From positions 1,984,001 to 2,048,000 of the forward strand of contig CM082577.2 of the NCBI GenBank assembly GCA_040954595.2: a stretch of DNA of 64,000 nt, read 5' to 3'. The first letter of the stretch is position 1; the number at the start of each line of letters is the position of its first letter. A program made the position numbers and the translations under genes. Origin of the DNA: Balanoglossus misakiensis. Lineage: Eukaryota; Animalia; Hemichordata. Below, piece after piece: positions 61,992-64,000 of the stretch. The notes below the pieces were generated by a model. The model was not told the origin of the DNA. It did not search any database and saw nothing but the letters and a program-made list of their open reading frames with translations.

Positions 61992-64000
61992 ATTTTATTT
62001 CAACAAGCCAGTGTCTGTAATTTTGTTTTGTTTTGATTTTCAAAATGGCAAATGAATTGCCCCTTCATACAATGTTGCAGATTTCTTCGCCATGGTTTGT
62101 CTGTTCAGAATGGCACTCAAGTAATTGAAAATTGGGTAACCAATTACGCGGATGACACGTGGTTTTGGCCATGAATGTTATATTTGCATGTTGTAGGTTT
62201 CACAGGTCATATGAATCTGCATATTTGCAAGCGTTGCATCTGTTGATTTCCAGCGAGAGCACCAATCAGCTTGGCGGTTGTGACAAGAGTGAACGTCAAA
62301 GGTTGTAGACTTGTTCAGGGCAAGACCGGACATCATGAAAGTACCTTGTGTGGTCATATTTCAACTCGTTGCTGTTTCGAATCACGGATTGCGGCTCAAA
62401 TGTTAGCGTATTTATGTCAACTTGGCCAGCCATCAGTGAAAATGGAGATTCCAGTAAACTATACATGCTCCACGTGCACGTGCGCGACTCGCAACTTCTG
62501 TTCAAGCAGCCAGCCTCGCCGGGAAGTACACGTCGTATCGTCGGCGGGCAGCACGAGCTTCGTCGCCATTCTTTCGGAAACTGTGAGTTTACAGTTTATT
62601 TTATTATAATGCAATACTATGTCATAGCCCAAATTGTCGTTAGTTCTTAGAGAAGCGCCTGACTGTAGTCACATATCTCGAATTTCTGTGCAAGGGTGCA
62701 ACTATAGTACTCCCATAGAAAGCGGAGCTAAAGATGGCGACCGTATGGAAGATAGTATATCCGAGACTGACTTCTCAATTTGATTGGCATCAGTTATCTG
62801 AGATTGATCTCTATTAATTCTCCAACCTTCAAAATTCCAACCGCTTATTAATAGAGAAACAAGGTGTAAATGTCATAATCGAGAAAATAGCAGAACAATT
62901 ATTCTTAAATTACTAGCGCCACGTCATTTCTTCTCGATTTATAGAAATTACAGACGGGGAACCATTGACCCGGTTACCACAGCAGAATGTCCAGCACTAA
63001 TGCATGTCCGACAAATAAAAGTTTCTGTTTTTTTCTCTAATTTTGTATTCACACCACGGTAACCTTAATAAGTAAAATCCTAAATAATTTAATTATTTCG
63101 CATTAGTGAAGATAATTATCGTAAAATGACAGAGTAAACAGAAATAATTGCACTATATTCTTCCATCGTTTGAAAGGAGAACACATCAACCGGTAATTGG
63201 AGTTCATGGGATTTGGCAAAGAAAACATTAATTATAACTACACGGAGGTGAAATTATTCGTTGATATAATTTTAAATGGATATTCAAAATCAAATTAAAG
63301 TTAACACATGAAACAATAATCGACAATTAATCAATATGATGTCACGCCCGATATCAAATATCTGGTGGGGTGAGTATAAATCGCACTCGATCGATCGGGT
63401 AATTGAAGCGTGTCCGTGGTTCTTCGAAGACAATTCCGAATGGTCGAACGGTTTAATTAATATGGAAACGTTTAGTGAACGTTCCTCATTGACAATCCAT
63501 TTCCTGCCTAAAGTAATATTATGACGCAAAAGTATGCAAATATTCACGCCAATATCATCCAGCGAGAAAAGCTGCTTTTTCACACTCTATTGAAACCGAA
63601 TAGAAATTCGATAATTGCCCACGAGTAATTGTGTTCTCTCGCGACATACTATTCACCTCCTAAAATGCATAAAATATCTGTATTTTTTCATTCGTCTATT
63701 AATAATGTTGTGTTTAATAGTGTACCGGTGGGTAAATATTGTGACCACATATCGATATTGTGAGTTGAGTTCCCGATTTTCATATTCTACATGTATACTA
63801 CTGGGTCGATAATCAAGGGTAAGCCAAAATGGCGCGTTTTCTGGACGAGTGGGGACTTGGAACAAGAAACCTATCAATACACGAACACGGGGAACTGTGT
63901 AGTCAGAGACTCATAAGGTTTTAGGTGTTATTATTGGTTGCCAAGAAAGTAAAAACAAAATGTCTGCCACCCATTGATTGAGATACTAGTACCTGTAGCT

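Noticed and set aside
63290-63583. Overlapping ORFs near the window end
   Set aside because: No recognisable protein similarity or consistent splice structure, so a gene call cannot be supported.

Overview
Eukaryotic, intron-rich, AT-rich animal DNA, probably a marine invertebrate deuterostome (inferred from the histone promoter motifs and gene style). There are no prokaryotic features. It holds four protein-coding genes. (1) A large + strand ANKFN1 / wide-awake / banderuola / Nmf9-family gene (ankyrin + fibronectin III + GLYxGYLK core + C-terminal Ras-association domain). 21 phase-consistent GT-AG exons were traced by hand from 27843 to the stop at 51189, with candidate alternative first exons in the upstream ~25 kb. 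(2-3) A lone divergent pair of intronless replication-dependent histone genes, H2A (-) and H2B (+), each with a stem-loop and downstream element. (4) A 9-exon SLC25A38-type mitochondrial glycine carrier on the + strand. Most interesting non-gene signals: at least 37 copies of the palindrome TACATGTA, matching the excision footprint predicted for a resident TA-flanked CA..TG MITE; a dense set of RFX X-box-like palindromes across ANKFN1; a possible dual-frame or mutually exclusive N-terminal exon module; a tail-less H2A; and a 50-bp 3' processing cassette shared by the two histone genes. All coordinates were read by eye and no database searches were run.
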